Of a stretch of 64,000 nt of DNA, positions 35,117 through 44,408 are shown piece after piece; within the stretch, counting starts at the first letter, position 1; each line of letters begins with the position of its first letter. Origin of the DNA: Acidobacteriota bacterium (GTDB taxonomy: Bacteria; Acidobacteriota; Vicinamibacteria; Vicinamibacterales; CAVVIG01). The notes under the pieces were generated by a model. It searched no databases and was not told where the DNA came from. It worked only from the letters and a program-made list of their open reading frames with translations. The position numbers and the translations under genes were made by a program. The stretch is from assembly GCA_046728115.1 (NCBI GenBank), contig JBKPDW010000072.1, positions 1,166 to 65,165 on the forward strand. The letters run 5' to 3'.

Positions 35117-35478
35117 CAGCGCGGGTCGCCGCTGCGCACGAACTTGTTCGGCGTGCCCGTCAGCGCGTCCCCCGCTGGTGGACGCCAGAGGACGATACTC
35201 TCGATCTGGCGGGCGAGCCCAAAGTCTTTGTCGGTGATACCGCCGGCGCTATGCGTCGACAGCTTGACCGTCACGCGGCCCCAGGTAACCGCGAGATCGG
35301 GATGGTGAAAGGCAGCCTCTGCAAAGTATCCGATCGCGTTGACCAGCATCAATGTTGTTGGCCACCCATCGGTCTTGTAAACGCGGCGGATCCACCCGTC
35401 CTCGTAATACCACCCGGGCAGCGCTTTCAACCGTTCGGTGATCTGCGCATCGTCGTACGTCGGTTCCTTCTGCGACAT
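35116..35478 (-). CDS. Pterin-4a-carbinolamine dehydratase (PCD/DCoH family)
   Basis: Trimmed to MSQKEPTYDDAQITERLKALPGWYYEDGWIRRVYK...AEAAFHHPDLAVTWGRVTVKLSTHSAGGITDKDFGLA, the family signature. Confidence 0.8.
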   Translation of the reverse strand: MSQKEPTYDDAQITERLKALPGWYYEDGWIRRVYKTDGWPTTLMLVNAIGYFAEAAFHHPDLAVTWGRVTVKLSTHSAGGITDKDFGLARQIESIVLWRPPAGDALTGTPNKFVRSGDPR

Positions 35479-35595
35479 GGCGCCCTCCAAGCGACTTTGG
35501 AACACATTGCGAAATTACATCGCAAGCTGCCACCACAGATTTTTTCCGTGTCCTCGGTATTTTCCTGGTGGCGAGCTTCATTCTGCAACGCGCTG

Positions 35596-36360
35596 TTACA
35601 TCACGGCCCCACCACCGATCAGGATCGTCTGTCCTGTCATGTACGCCGCGTCGGGCGACGCGAGGAATACCGCGGCGCCGGCCACGTCTTCCGGCGTGCC
35701 CCATCGTTTGAGCGGCGTCGACTCGGCGACGCCGCGATGTCTGGCCTCGTCGAGGTTCGCGCCAAACGACGTCTGGATCCACCCGGGCGCGAGCACGTTC
35801 ACGCGCACGCGCGGCGCCACCGATCGTGCGAGCGATTTGCTGAAGGCGAGCACTCCGCCTTTCACGGCGGCATACATCTGGGGATTGCGGCCGGCCATGC
35901 CCGTCAGGACGTGATCCCAGCTCATGTTGATGATCACGCCGCCGCTCTCCTGGGCTCCGAGAAGCTCCACGGCCTGCCAGGAAGCGAGAATCGTTCCGCG
36001 CAGATCGACCGCCAGCAGGAGGTCGAGTTTTTCAACCGCTGGCAGCGTGGCGCCATGGGCGGTGAGGATATCTGCACCGGCATTGTTTACCCAGACATCG
36101 AGCCGGCCCAGCGCGTCGCGGGCAGCGGGGCCGACCTCTTGCACGGACCCTTCGTCGGCGAGGTCGAGGTGGAGGGCTGCAGCGCGCCGGCCAAGCGATC
36201 GGATCTCACGTTCGACTTCCTGAGCGCCGCCGATGTTCGCGCGATACGTGAGCGCGACGTCGGCACCTGCGCGCGCGACGGCGATCGCGATCGCGCGTCC
36301 GATGCCGGTTGATGCGCCCGTCACCAGGACGGCGCGGCCCTCCAGCGGCTGATTCCCCAT
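35596..36360 (-). CDS. Short-chain dehydrogenase/reductase (classical SDR)
   Basis: Trimmed to Met34 (MGNQPLEGRAVLVTGASTGIGRAIA...). Motifs NNAG and YAAVK (YxxxK) are present. Confidence 0.85.
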   Translation of the reverse strand: MGNQPLEGRAVLVTGASTGIGRAIAIAVARAGADVALTYRANIGGAQEVEREIRSLGRRAAALHLDLADEGSVQEVGPAARDALGRLDVWVNNAGADILTAHGATLPAVEKLDLLLAVDLRGTILASWQAVELLGAQESGGVIINMSWDHVLTGMAGRNPQMYAAVKGGVLAFSKSLARSVAPRVRVNVLAPGWIQTSFGANLDEARHRGVAESTPLKRWGTPEDVAGAAVFLASPDAAYMTGQTILIGGGAVM

Positions 36361-36615
36361 GAATGCCCAGATGATACAGTAGCCCTCTCGATGCAATTGC
36401 TCGTGAGCGTGACGAGCGCGGCAGAGCATCCGCTTCGCTCGCGGGGGTGCCGATCTCATCGATGGAAAAGACCGGGATCGACAGCGCCGACCGCGTCGGC
36501 TCGCTGATCGGATCGGCAGTCCGAAGCGTCCGCGGCGCTGCAGACAAGGCCGGCGTCGTAGTCGTCGCCTACGCGGATTGTGACCGCGCCGCCGTGAAGA
36601 GATCAGGGCTTCCCG

Positions 36616-37557
36616 TTACCAATACGCGATGCCGTCCGGACCTTGGCCGACCGGCACCTTCGTCGTCACCGCCCAGGTCGATGTGTCGATCACGTCCATT
36701 TCGTTCGCAGCCGCGCACGCGACGTAGGCTCGGCGTCCGTCTGGCGCAACGACGATTCCGCCGGGGCTACCACCGACGGAGATGGTTCTGATCTGCTTCT
36801 GCGACGCGACATCATAGACGGTGACATCGGAGGAACCCGCGTCCGGAATGAACACCGTTCTTCCGTTCGCGCTGAACGCGACGCGGATCGGACCGTTCCC
36901 CGTCGGTAAGGTGGCCACGACCTGCCGTTTTGCGGTATCCACGACACTGACGGTATTGTCCGTGCGATTCGCCGCCCACAGTTGCTTCCCGTCGGGAGAG
37001 AGTGCGAGACCCTCCACTCCCTTGCCGGCTGGGATGTTCGTGACGATTTTCATTGCGTTGACGTCAAAGACCGACACCGTGGCGGAAGTCACGTTCGTGA
37101 AGTAGGCCCAGCGGCTATCGGGGCTGACAACGACCATGTGCGTCCGCTCCTGATCCGTGTCGACCGCCCGGGCGATGTCGTCCTTTCGTGCGTCGACGAC
37201 GATGATCTTCTTCTTCCCCTCGCTGGTCACGAATGCGTAGCGGCCGTCCGGCGTGAACGCCACTCCGTGCGGAGTCCCGAAATCGGCCGATGTCATCTTC
37301 TTCAATTCTTTGCGAGCCGTCAGGTCGATGACCGAGACGGTGTTCTCGCCAGTGTTGGCGACGTACGCCTTCGATCCATCCGGAGAGACCGCCAACTCGT
37401 GCGGAGTCATGCCTACGGCGACGGTCTGTTCCGACTTCATCGAGGTCGCATTGACGAACGAAAGACTGTTCCCTGCTTTGTTCAGCACCAGGACGAGATT
37501 CGGACCGGTCGCAAACAGGACGGACGCGAAAAACCATAGCGCTAGAAAAACGCTCAT
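36616..37557 (-). CDS. Secreted YVTN-type beta-propeller repeat protein
   Basis: Repeated ~40-aa units ...PHELAVSPDGSKAYVANTGENTVSVIDL..., ...PHGVAFTPDGRYAFVTS..., ...GLALSPDGKQLWAANRTDNTVSVVD..., ...GIVVAPDGRRAYVAC.... Confidence 0.8.
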   Translation of the reverse strand: MSVFLALWFFASVLFATGPNLVLVLNKAGNSLSFVNATSMKSEQTVAVGMTPHELAVSPDGSKAYVANTGENTVSVIDLTARKELKKMTSADFGTPHGVAFTPDGRYAFVTSEGKKKIIVVDARKDDIARAVDTDQERTHMVVVSPDSRWAYFTNVTSATVSVFDVNAMKIVTNIPAGKGVEGLALSPDGKQLWAANRTDNTVSVVDTAKRQVVATLPTGNGPIRVAFSANGRTVFIPDAGSSDVTVYDVASQKQIRTISVGGSPGGIVVAPDGRRAYVACAAANEMDVIDTSTWAVTTKVPVGQGPDGIAYW

Positions 37558-37582
37558 TGCAAACCTCCTCCGCAGATTCCAC

Positions 37583-38401
37583 CTACATCAACCTGCAAAT
37601 CATGCGAGTCGGTCCGGCATCGGAATACCAGAGAACGCCATTGCCGTCGATGTCGAGCCCGTGGGGTTCGGGATCGTCCTTCGACAACTGTATCTTCGTC
37701 AGAATGCCCCCATCCCTCGGATCCAGCTTGTAGATGGCGCGGTCGTCGGAATTGATCACCCAGAGCAGGCCTTTGTCCCACGCGATGCCATGCGTGCGCG
37801 GGGTCGACCCAGGCGCCGGAATGCTTCGGATGATTTCGCCGGTCTCCGGCTCCATCAGAAACACTCGTCCACTTGCGGGCACCGCCATCCAGTACTTCCC
37901 ATCCACCCACTTCAGACCGTGCCCGCCCGACGGCGTATCGGTCTCTGGATTCATTCTTCCGTAGTATCCGGAGCCGGGTGTCCGCCAGGACTTCAGCGTT
38001 TTTCCTGTGTTCGGATCGACCTTCAACGTGACCGGCGGATCCTTCGGGTTCTTCATCTTGGTGGAGGTGATCCAGAGCGCGCCGTTGCCGTAGGTGATGC
38101 CGCTGCCGTGGATCGACTCGGTCATGATTTCCCGAATGACGGCGCCGCTCTCCGGCCTCACCAGGAACGCTTTGTTGCCGGGCTGATCGACCTGATCGAG
38201 GATCCACAAGCCTTCCGGGGTGAACTGAAGATCGTTCGGCTGCCGGCAGCCCGAGACCGTGTACAGCTTCTCGGCGCGCTTCATGATCACCGGTACACTC
38301 TCGCGGGCGCGCGTCGCGAGACGAGAGGTGACGGTGAACGCAGGAGCCGCGACAACGCCAGTCAGAAAACGGCGACGCGAAATCTGGTGACCGCTCGACA
38401 T
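37583..38401 (-). CDS. Tat-signal beta-propeller-like hypothetical protein
   Basis: MSSGHQISRRRFLTGVVAAPAF leader. Repeated ...GLWILD..., ...ALWITS..., ...HGIAWDKGLLWVIN..., ...HGLDIDGNGVLWYSD... blades. The family was not confidently recognised. Confidence 0.7.
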   Translation of the reverse strand: MSSGHQISRRRFLTGVVAAPAFTVTSRLATRARESVPVIMKRAEKLYTVSGCRQPNDLQFTPEGLWILDQVDQPGNKAFLVRPESGAVIREIMTESIHGSGITYGNGALWITSTKMKNPKDPPVTLKVDPNTGKTLKSWRTPGSGYYGRMNPETDTPSGGHGLKWVDGKYWMAVPASGRVFLMEPETGEIIRSIPAPGSTPRTHGIAWDKGLLWVINSDDRAIYKLDPRDGGILTKIQLSKDDPEPHGLDIDGNGVLWYSDAGPTRMICRLM

Positions 38402-38572
38402 CGCTTATCCTCCGAGTCTCATCGGTCGCTACTCACATTGCTCATTCGGTCGCGGTCGGCTCAGGATGACGTGCCGGCCCGAGACAGTCGTGAGGGTCAC
38501 GTCCTCCCTGATGGCTGATCATGACGAGCCGCCGTCGCGAGGGTCAATCGAATAATCGTTCAGGCGGCCTGC

Positions 38573-39169
38573 TCAGTTGGATTCCTGCAGCGCGCGGCGG
38601 AGTGCATTCGTGTGATCCGCACCGACGACGACGTGAGTGACGGCGGCCGGCATCGCCCGCGAGAAGTACGCGTCCACGAGATCGCGAGCTTCCGAGGAGC
38701 CACCCGCTGCTCCCGGCGGCTTCACGAGCACGAGCTTCCGCGCGCCGACTTCGCCCGCCACCCACGCCGCGATGCTGTCGCTGGTGACATCCCAGGTGTG
38801 AGGAAGCGGATCGACGTCACGCATCCAACGGAATGGCGCCAGCACCGGTACCTGCCGCGCCTCGAGCGCGGCGCCGATGGCGGTCCGGTCTGACACGAGA
38901 ACTCCGCCAGCGAGGCGGTCGGCAATCAGGTGCCCGTACTGATCCATCGCGAGCACTGCCATCCAGTGAGCCGCCTCGGCTGACAGACGGAGTCGTCGGT
39001 CGACGCTGCGAACCGCATCGGCGAACGGGCCGCCACCTGGCACGACGAGCAGGCGCCGCCCGCCACCCGCCGCGCCGATCGTCGCGAGCACGGCGTCGAA
39101 ACAGTCGCGGTGCGCAAGGAGTCCACCGCCAACCTTCATCACGATGTCCACCATCGCTGTAATGTACAT
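38573..39169 (-). CDS. Amino-acid-kinase-fold protein (Asp/Glu/uridylate kinase superfamily), C1-cofactor-cluster type (archaeal MfnE-like)
   Basis: ...MKVGGGLLAH...LLVVPGGGPFADAVR...SDSIAAWVAGEVGARKLVLVK. Start ambiguous (ATG at 39169, 39154 or 39139). Confidence 0.75.
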   Translation of the reverse strand: MYITAMVDIVMKVGGGLLAHRDCFDAVLATIGAAGGGRRLLVVPGGGPFADAVRSVDRRLRLSAEAAHWMAVLAMDQYGHLIADRLAGGVLVSDRTAIGAALEARQVPVLAPFRWMRDVDPLPHTWDVTSDSIAAWVAGEVGARKLVLVKPPGAAGGSSEARDLVDAYFSRAMPAAVTHVVVGADHTNALRRALQESN

Positions 39170-39182
39170 TCAGCGTCTGATT

Positions 39183-39228
39183 GAATCTGAAGTTCGGAAT
39201 CCGAACATCCGAACTCCTGAAATCTGAA
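39183..39228. repeat. Degenerate heptamer run (TCTGAAG TTCGGAA TCCGAAC A TCCGAAC TCCTGAAA TCTGAAA) containing the perfect 15-bp palindrome GTTCGGAATCCGAAC (39192-39206)
   Basis: Read directly in the divergent spacer between the kinase-like gene and the HisA/HisF-like gene. An extra TCCGAAC half-site lies at 39208-39214. Confidence 0.6.
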
Positions 39229-40008
39229 ATGCGCGTCCTGGGCGTCCTCGACCTGCTGGACGGCCGCGCTGTGCATGCGCGCGGCGGCACACGCACCCGC
39301 TATGAACCGGTTCGAGCTGTCGACGGCGCCGCCATCGAACCCGGCAGCGCGCTCGAGCTCGCGCGAGCGTATGTCGATCGTTTTGGCCTTGCCGATCTGT
39401 ACGCCGCCGATCTCGACGCGATCATGGGCCGCAGTTGGCAGGGTCGGCTCGTTGCGGAACTGGCTGCGTTCGGCGCGCTCTGGCTGGACGCGGGCGTGTC
39501 GTCCGTTGATGCGGCGCAGCGCGCGCTGGCCCTGGGTGCTTCACGCGTCATCGTCGGCCTCGAGACGCTTGGGTCATGGGAGGCGCTCCGCGAGATCTGC
39601 GCGGCGGCGGAGCGCGAGCGCGTGGCCTTCAGCCTCGATTTACGAGACGGTGAGCCGCTGGCGCACGCGGGCATCACGCGTCGCGAACCCGCGCCTGTCG
39701 TGGCGTCGCGTGCCGCCGACAGCGGGGTTCAGTCGATCGTCGTAATCGATCTCGCAAAGGTCGGCGCAGGTTCTGGGCTCGATCTGGCATTGATCGAAGG
39801 CGTGCGGGCGGCAACCCCTCGCGTGACGCTGCTCGCCGGGGGAGGTGTTCGCGGGCTCGACGACATACGGCGCCTGGCCGATGCCGGCTGTGACGGCGTT
39901 CTCGTCGCGTCGGCGCTGCACGATGGCCGGCTCGGCGCCGCCGACGTCACGGTTGCACGGCGCCTCGATCGGAGCGGCGGGCTTTCAGCTCCGCGGACTC
40001 TCGCCTGA
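39229..40008 (+). CDS. HisA/HisF-family (beta/alpha)8-barrel protein of the H4MPT-cluster type
   Basis: Trimmed to MRVLGVLDLLDGRAVHARGG...VIVGLETL...VIDLAKVGAGSGLD...LLAGGGVRGLDDIRRL...GVLVASALHDG. Confidence 0.8.
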   Translation: MRVLGVLDLLDGRAVHARGGTRTRYEPVRAVDGAAIEPGSALELARAYVDRFGLADLYAADLDAIMGRSWQGRLVAELAAFGALWLDAGVSSVDAAQRALALGASRVIVGLETLGSWEALREICAAAERERVAFSLDLRDGEPLAHAGITRREPAPVVASRAADSGVQSIVVIDLAKVGAGSGLDLALIEGVRAATPRVTLLAGGGVRGLDDIRRLADAGCDGVLVASALHDGRLGAADVTVARRLDRSGGLSAPRTLA

Positions 40009-40452
40009 AAGGCTCGCGCTACAGGTTCCTCGCTACCAGAGAGGACGCGCCCGCGGAGGAGTGTCGGTGAACGAGGACGGCGCTGTTTCTTTTCCTGAAC
40101 ATCTGGACCATTGCGGCCGCTCGAGCGGCGCACCGCTGCAGCTATAAGCAGAAAGCAAGACCACACCGTTGTCACCGATATGTCATTGCACCGCCGCACG
40201 TCGGGCGCATTCGATCCGTCTCAATCAATGAACCGTCTTGCCGCTCGACGATCGGCGGCAGCGTCCTGCCGCGACGTATCGCTCTGTCGCTCGGAGCCGC
40301 CGGCTTTCTGTGTGAATGCTGCGTTCCGATTCGAACCGCATTGCCGTGCACATGCGGCATGTGAACCGACAACAAATCAACCGTCATGACGCTACTGGCA
40401 CTGTCCCTGCACCATGGCAGATCGCGCCTGCTTGATATGGAGCGAGGTAGTC

Positions 40453-40863
40453 ATGAAGACACTGATGCTGAAGATCTCCTGGGTCGTGTTTGCCACAACA
40501 GCCCTTGCGCTTGGCAGCGCATCCGCTGCACGGGCTGACGAACGGATCGTGGTCAAGGTACCGTTCGCCTTCATCGTGCACGACACGAGCCTGCCGGCAG
40601 GCGATTACGTCGTGAAGGAAATGTCCGACGGATCGGGCGTGCTCGAAATCGCGACCGCTGATGGCCGGGACTTCGTGTGCGCGCTGACCATCGCTTCGTC
40701 TGACAAATCGGCCGCACAGCCGGAGCTCGTATTCGAGAAGTTCGCCGGCCGCTATTTCCTGGCGCGAGTCGTATCGCGGGACGGCACTGGTCGCGAAATC
40801 GTTCTCACGCCGGCGATCATGGAACGCGAGATCGCCCGGACGGCGGACCGTACAACCGATTAG
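40453..40863 (+). CDS. Small secreted hypothetical protein
   Basis: ATG at 40453 preceded by GAGGTAG. MKTLMLKISWVVFATTALALGSASAARA signal. No family recognised. Confidence 0.55.
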   Translation: MKTLMLKISWVVFATTALALGSASAARADERIVVKVPFAFIVHDTSLPAGDYVVKEMSDGSGVLEIATADGRDFVCALTIASSDKSAAQPELVFEKFAGRYFLARVVSRDGTGREIVLTPAIMEREIARTADRTTD

Positions 40864-41865
40864 TCGCTCGGTCCTGGGGCCTCGTCCTTGGTGCCGAGAC
40901 GAAGAGCCGAGGACCAACATGCACCGACTGACGCTACACGGAATTAAAAACCGACGTACCGGCACACGGCGAATGTGCCGGGCGTCGAGTTCGGGCGGGT
41001 TTGTCGAACAGCGCGCCGCGCCGGTGCGGGCGCGGAGCGCTGGCGGCATCTGCGACCGTGGCGTCGGCTCCTCATTCGCGGTAGCTCTCGCGGCACGTCA
41101 GAAGAAGTGTTCTTACCTCAGCCGCAAAGGCGCGGGAACTGTAACGGCTTCATGGGCAGCATCGGCAGTGTAGGATGCGCTGCACGAGAGGTCACAGACA
41201 TGAGGATGCCGGGCTTTTCAGGCGAAGCGTCGTTTGAGCGGACGCCTGCCCGTTGCCGCGGCCATGCGGGCCGGTTCGTTCCGGGTCGACGTGTAGCATC
41301 GTTCCGTCGTTGAGAACGCAGTGCTCCTGGGTCGCTGACGACGCGCATTGCTGTGTCAGCGAAAACCGGTTTGGCATCCAGACCTGCTGTTGCGTTCGCG
41401 ACGGCGGATGTGGTTGCCGTTACAGGAGCCAGTTCAACGGGGATCTACCTGACTAGGCAGCCGGTAATTGGTTAGCGGGTGAAGAGGGCGGATTGAGTCC
41501 TGGATTTGTTGGTCCAGATCGCGTGGTACGACTCAAGGCCAAATCCTAGTGAGCGCGTCACGATCAGGTTGCCCGCGTATCTCTTGGAAGCGTCGACGCG
41601 TTTGACGCGAGGCGGCCACTCAGGCGCGAGGTCGTGTTGGCGTCGTCCGCGCTCATCGCGCCCCAGGTCGAACATCTGCTCAGAGCGCCGCGGGGCTCGC
41701 GGGCGGCGCCAAGGCAGCGGCGCGCCTGTGGTCGGAAGGCGCCGGTCCCCGCCGCGGTGGCGGGCCGCTTGGCGCTCGCGCCTCGGGCAGGGGGGTGCGC
41801 CGGCGCCCTGACATGAGGCGGAACCGGGCATCCGCCGATCACGTAAACGAGTCCAAGGAGAGACC

Positions 41866-44301
41866 ATGGGAGCTCTGCTGCAGGATTTGCGTTTCGGCGT
41901 ACGCACGCTCGGAAAGTCGCCGGGACTGACCGCGGTCGCCGTCATCGCGCTGGCACTCGGCATCGGCGCCAACAGTGCGATGTTCAGCATCGTGAATGCC
42001 GTCCTCCTGCGGCCCCTGCCGTACGCCGATCCCGAGCGCTTGCTGCAGCTTTACACCAGCATGCCGCAGTTCCGCGAGGCGTCGGTTTCCTATCCAAATT
42101 TTCTTGACTGGCAACAGCGGAGCCGCTCGTTCGATTTGATGGCGGCATACCGCGGCGACACGTTCAACCTCACAGGCCAGGCAACACCCGAACGGCTTCG
42201 CGGGCAGATGGCGTCCGCAGACATCTTCCCCACGCTCGGCGTGACGCCGGTGGTGGGCCATACGTACAGCGCCGACGAAGACCGCAGAGGCGCCGCGCCT
42301 GTTGTCGTGCTCACCTCGAACTTCTGGAAGACGCGCTTCGGCGCCGATCCCCATGTGCTGGGCCGCAGTCTCACGCTCAGCGAACGGCTCTACACGATTA
42401 TCGGCGTCGTGCCGAGCGACGATGTGATCTGGCGGCGCACGTCGATCATCGTGCCGATCGGTCAGTGGAGCGAACCGCTCTTCTGGAACCGCGGCGTGGG
42501 GATGGGCATGCGGGTACTGGGGCGACTCAAAGCCGGCACGTCGCTGAAGCAGGCGCAAGCCGAACTCGATGGCATTGCAGCCGCGCTCGCGCGAGAGTAT
42601 CCGACGGAGGACAAAGACCACGGCATTAATCCTGTTTCCCTGCGCGAAAATCTCACAGGGGACGTGCGCGCTCCGCTGCTCGTGCTGCTAACGGCGGTCG
42701 GGTTCGTGCTCCTCATGGCGTGCGCGAATGTCGCCAATCTGCTCCTTGCGCGCGCAAGCGCCCGGCGCCGTGAGCTTGCGATTCGCACGGCGCTCGGCGC
42801 CACACGCGGTCGCGTCGCGCGCCAGCTGCTCACCGAGAGCCTGCTGCTGGCCATTGCAGGAGGCGCGCTCGGACTCGCAGTTGCCGGGTCTCTCAACCGT
42901 GTGTTTGTTGCGAGAGTTGCCGAGCAGCTCCCGCGTGCCGATCAGATTCATCTCGACGCGTCGGTGCTCGGGTTCACGGCCCTCGTCGCGCTCGGCGCAA
43001 GCTTCCTGTTTGGCCTCGCGCCCGCATTGCGCAGCGCGCGCGCTGACCTGAACGACGCGCTCAAAGAGGGCGATCGCGGCAACACGAGCCGCCAGCGGTT
43101 GCTGCCCGCGCTCGTCGTCGTGGAAGTCGCGTTGGGAGTGGTGCTCACGGTGTCGGCCGGGCTGATGATTCGCACAATGTCGCAGCTTTGGAGCGTGAAT
43201 CCTGGCTTCGATCCGCAACACGTCCTGACGTTCGGCGTCGCCGGATCGCCCGCGGTCCACGGCGCGCCCGCAGCCGTCCGCAACGGGGTTGTCCAGACCA
43301 CCAATCGGTTGCGATCCGCGCCTGGCGTTGCGGCGGTGAGCGTGTTGTTGGGCGGTTTACCGATGAGCGGCGATTCCGAGTTGCCCTATTGGGTCGAAGG
43401 CCGGCCGAAACCAGCCGAGCAGAGCCAGATGGATCTGACGTTGTTGTACGCCGTCGATCCCGAGTACCTCGGCGTGATGCGCATTCCCTTGCTGCGCGGG
43501 CGTTTTCTCTCGGTGCAAGACAACGAGAAGCGTCCCTGCGTCGTCGCCATCGACGAAGAGTTTGCGGCCAAGGCGTTCCCCAACCAGGAAGCATTGGGAG
43601 AGCACATCAACCTCGAGCTTGTGACGATGAAGTGCGAAATTGTGGGCATTGTCGGTCACGTGAAGCATTGGGGCCTCGACGCCGACGCGACCGCCAAGGT
43701 GCACTCCCAGTTGTACCTGGCCTTTCGCCAGCTTCCAGACAGCATCATGGATCTGGCCTCGACCAATTCCCACTACGTCGTGCGAGCACATGGCGATCCG
43801 TATGGCCTTGTCGCCGGTCTCAAGCAAGCGATCGGCGAGGTCAGCGGGAACATGGTCTTGTACGCTGAGCAGAGCATGCAGGAGGTCATCAACGACTCTC
43901 TGTCGGCCAGGCGCTTCACGAGACTTCTACTGGGCGCGTTCGCGATCCTGGCTCTGGTCCTGGCTGGCGTCGGCATCTACGGCGTGGTTTCCTACACGGT
44001 CACGCAGAGCACGCACGACATCGGCGTGCGCATGGCGCTCGGCGCCACCAGGCGCGCCGTGCTTGGCGCGGTCTTGAAGGGCGCGATGAGTATGGCGGGC
44101 CTTGGGATCGCGTTGGGGGCGGCAATGGGGTTCGCCGCCACGCGCGTCATGAAGGAGCTGCTGTTCGGCATCAGCGCGACCGATCCCGTGACGTTTGGCG
44201 CGGTGGCGTTGCTCTTGGCCGGCGTCACACTGCTGGCCAGCTACATTCCCGCGCTGCGGGCGACCATGGTGGATCCGATCGTGGCGCTCCGGTGCGAATA
44301 G
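41866..44301 (+). CDS. ADOP-family ABC-transporter permease (duplicated MacB/FtsX-type orphan permease)
   Basis: AAGGAGAG Shine-Dalgarno. MGALLQDLRFGVRTLGKSPGLTAVAVIALALGIGANSAMFSIVNAVLLRPLPYADPERL and the ending ...RATMVDPIVALRCE. ~810 aa with two FtsX-like halves. Confidence 0.9.
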   Translation: MGALLQDLRFGVRTLGKSPGLTAVAVIALALGIGANSAMFSIVNAVLLRPLPYADPERLLQLYTSMPQFREASVSYPNFLDWQQRSRSFDLMAAYRGDTFNLTGQATPERLRGQMASADIFPTLGVTPVVGHTYSADEDRRGAAPVVVLTSNFWKTRFGADPHVLGRSLTLSERLYTIIGVVPSDDVIWRRTSIIVPIGQWSEPLFWNRGVGMGMRVLGRLKAGTSLKQAQAELDGIAAALAREYPTEDKDHGINPVSLRENLTGDVRAPLLVLLTAVGFVLLMACANVANLLLARASARRRELAIRTALGATRGRVARQLLTESLLLAIAGGALGLAVAGSLNRVFVARVAEQLPRADQIHLDASVLGFTALVALGASFLFGLAPALRSARADLNDALKEGDRGNTSRQRLLPALVVVEVALGVVLTVSAGLMIRTMSQLWSVNPGFDPQHVLTFGVAGSPAVHGAPAAVRNGVVQTTNRLRSAPGVAAVSVLLGGLPMSGDSELPYWVEGRPKPAEQSQMDLTLLYAVDPEYLGVMRIPLLRGRFLSVQDNEKRPCVVAIDEEFAAKAFPNQEALGEHINLELVTMKCEIVGIVGHVKHWGLDADATAKVHSQLYLAFRQLPDSIMDLASTNSHYVVRAHGDPYGLVAGLKQAIGEVSGNMVLYAEQSMQEVINDSLSARRFTRLLLGAFAILALVLAGVGIYGVVSYTVTQSTHDIGVRMALGATRRAVLGAVLKGAMSMAGLGIALGAAMGFAATRVMKELLFGISATDPVTFGAVALLLAGVTLLASYIPALRATMVDPIVALRCE

Positions 44302-44408
44302 GAGGGCTCCGCGACGAATGGTTGGTGAATTGGTGCGCCTCAGAGGCTCGTGCGATTCGCGCACTCGAAGATCAGCTTGACGGGAAGCTACGTCACCGTG
44401 ACCTGCGG

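Noticed and set aside
40329-40338. GATTCGAACC 10-mer, identical to the T-loop core of the tRNA-like fragment, as a possible second att copy at the left edge of the 6-kb insert
   Set aside because: The flanks do not match the 45947-45993 fragment, and the implied T-stem does not pair. A single 10-mer match is not enough.
40384-41049. 221-aa minus-strand ORF overlapping the small secreted gene 40453..40863
   Set aside because: No signal, motif or family resemblance. The opposite-strand ORF has a Shine-Dalgarno and a clean signal peptide.
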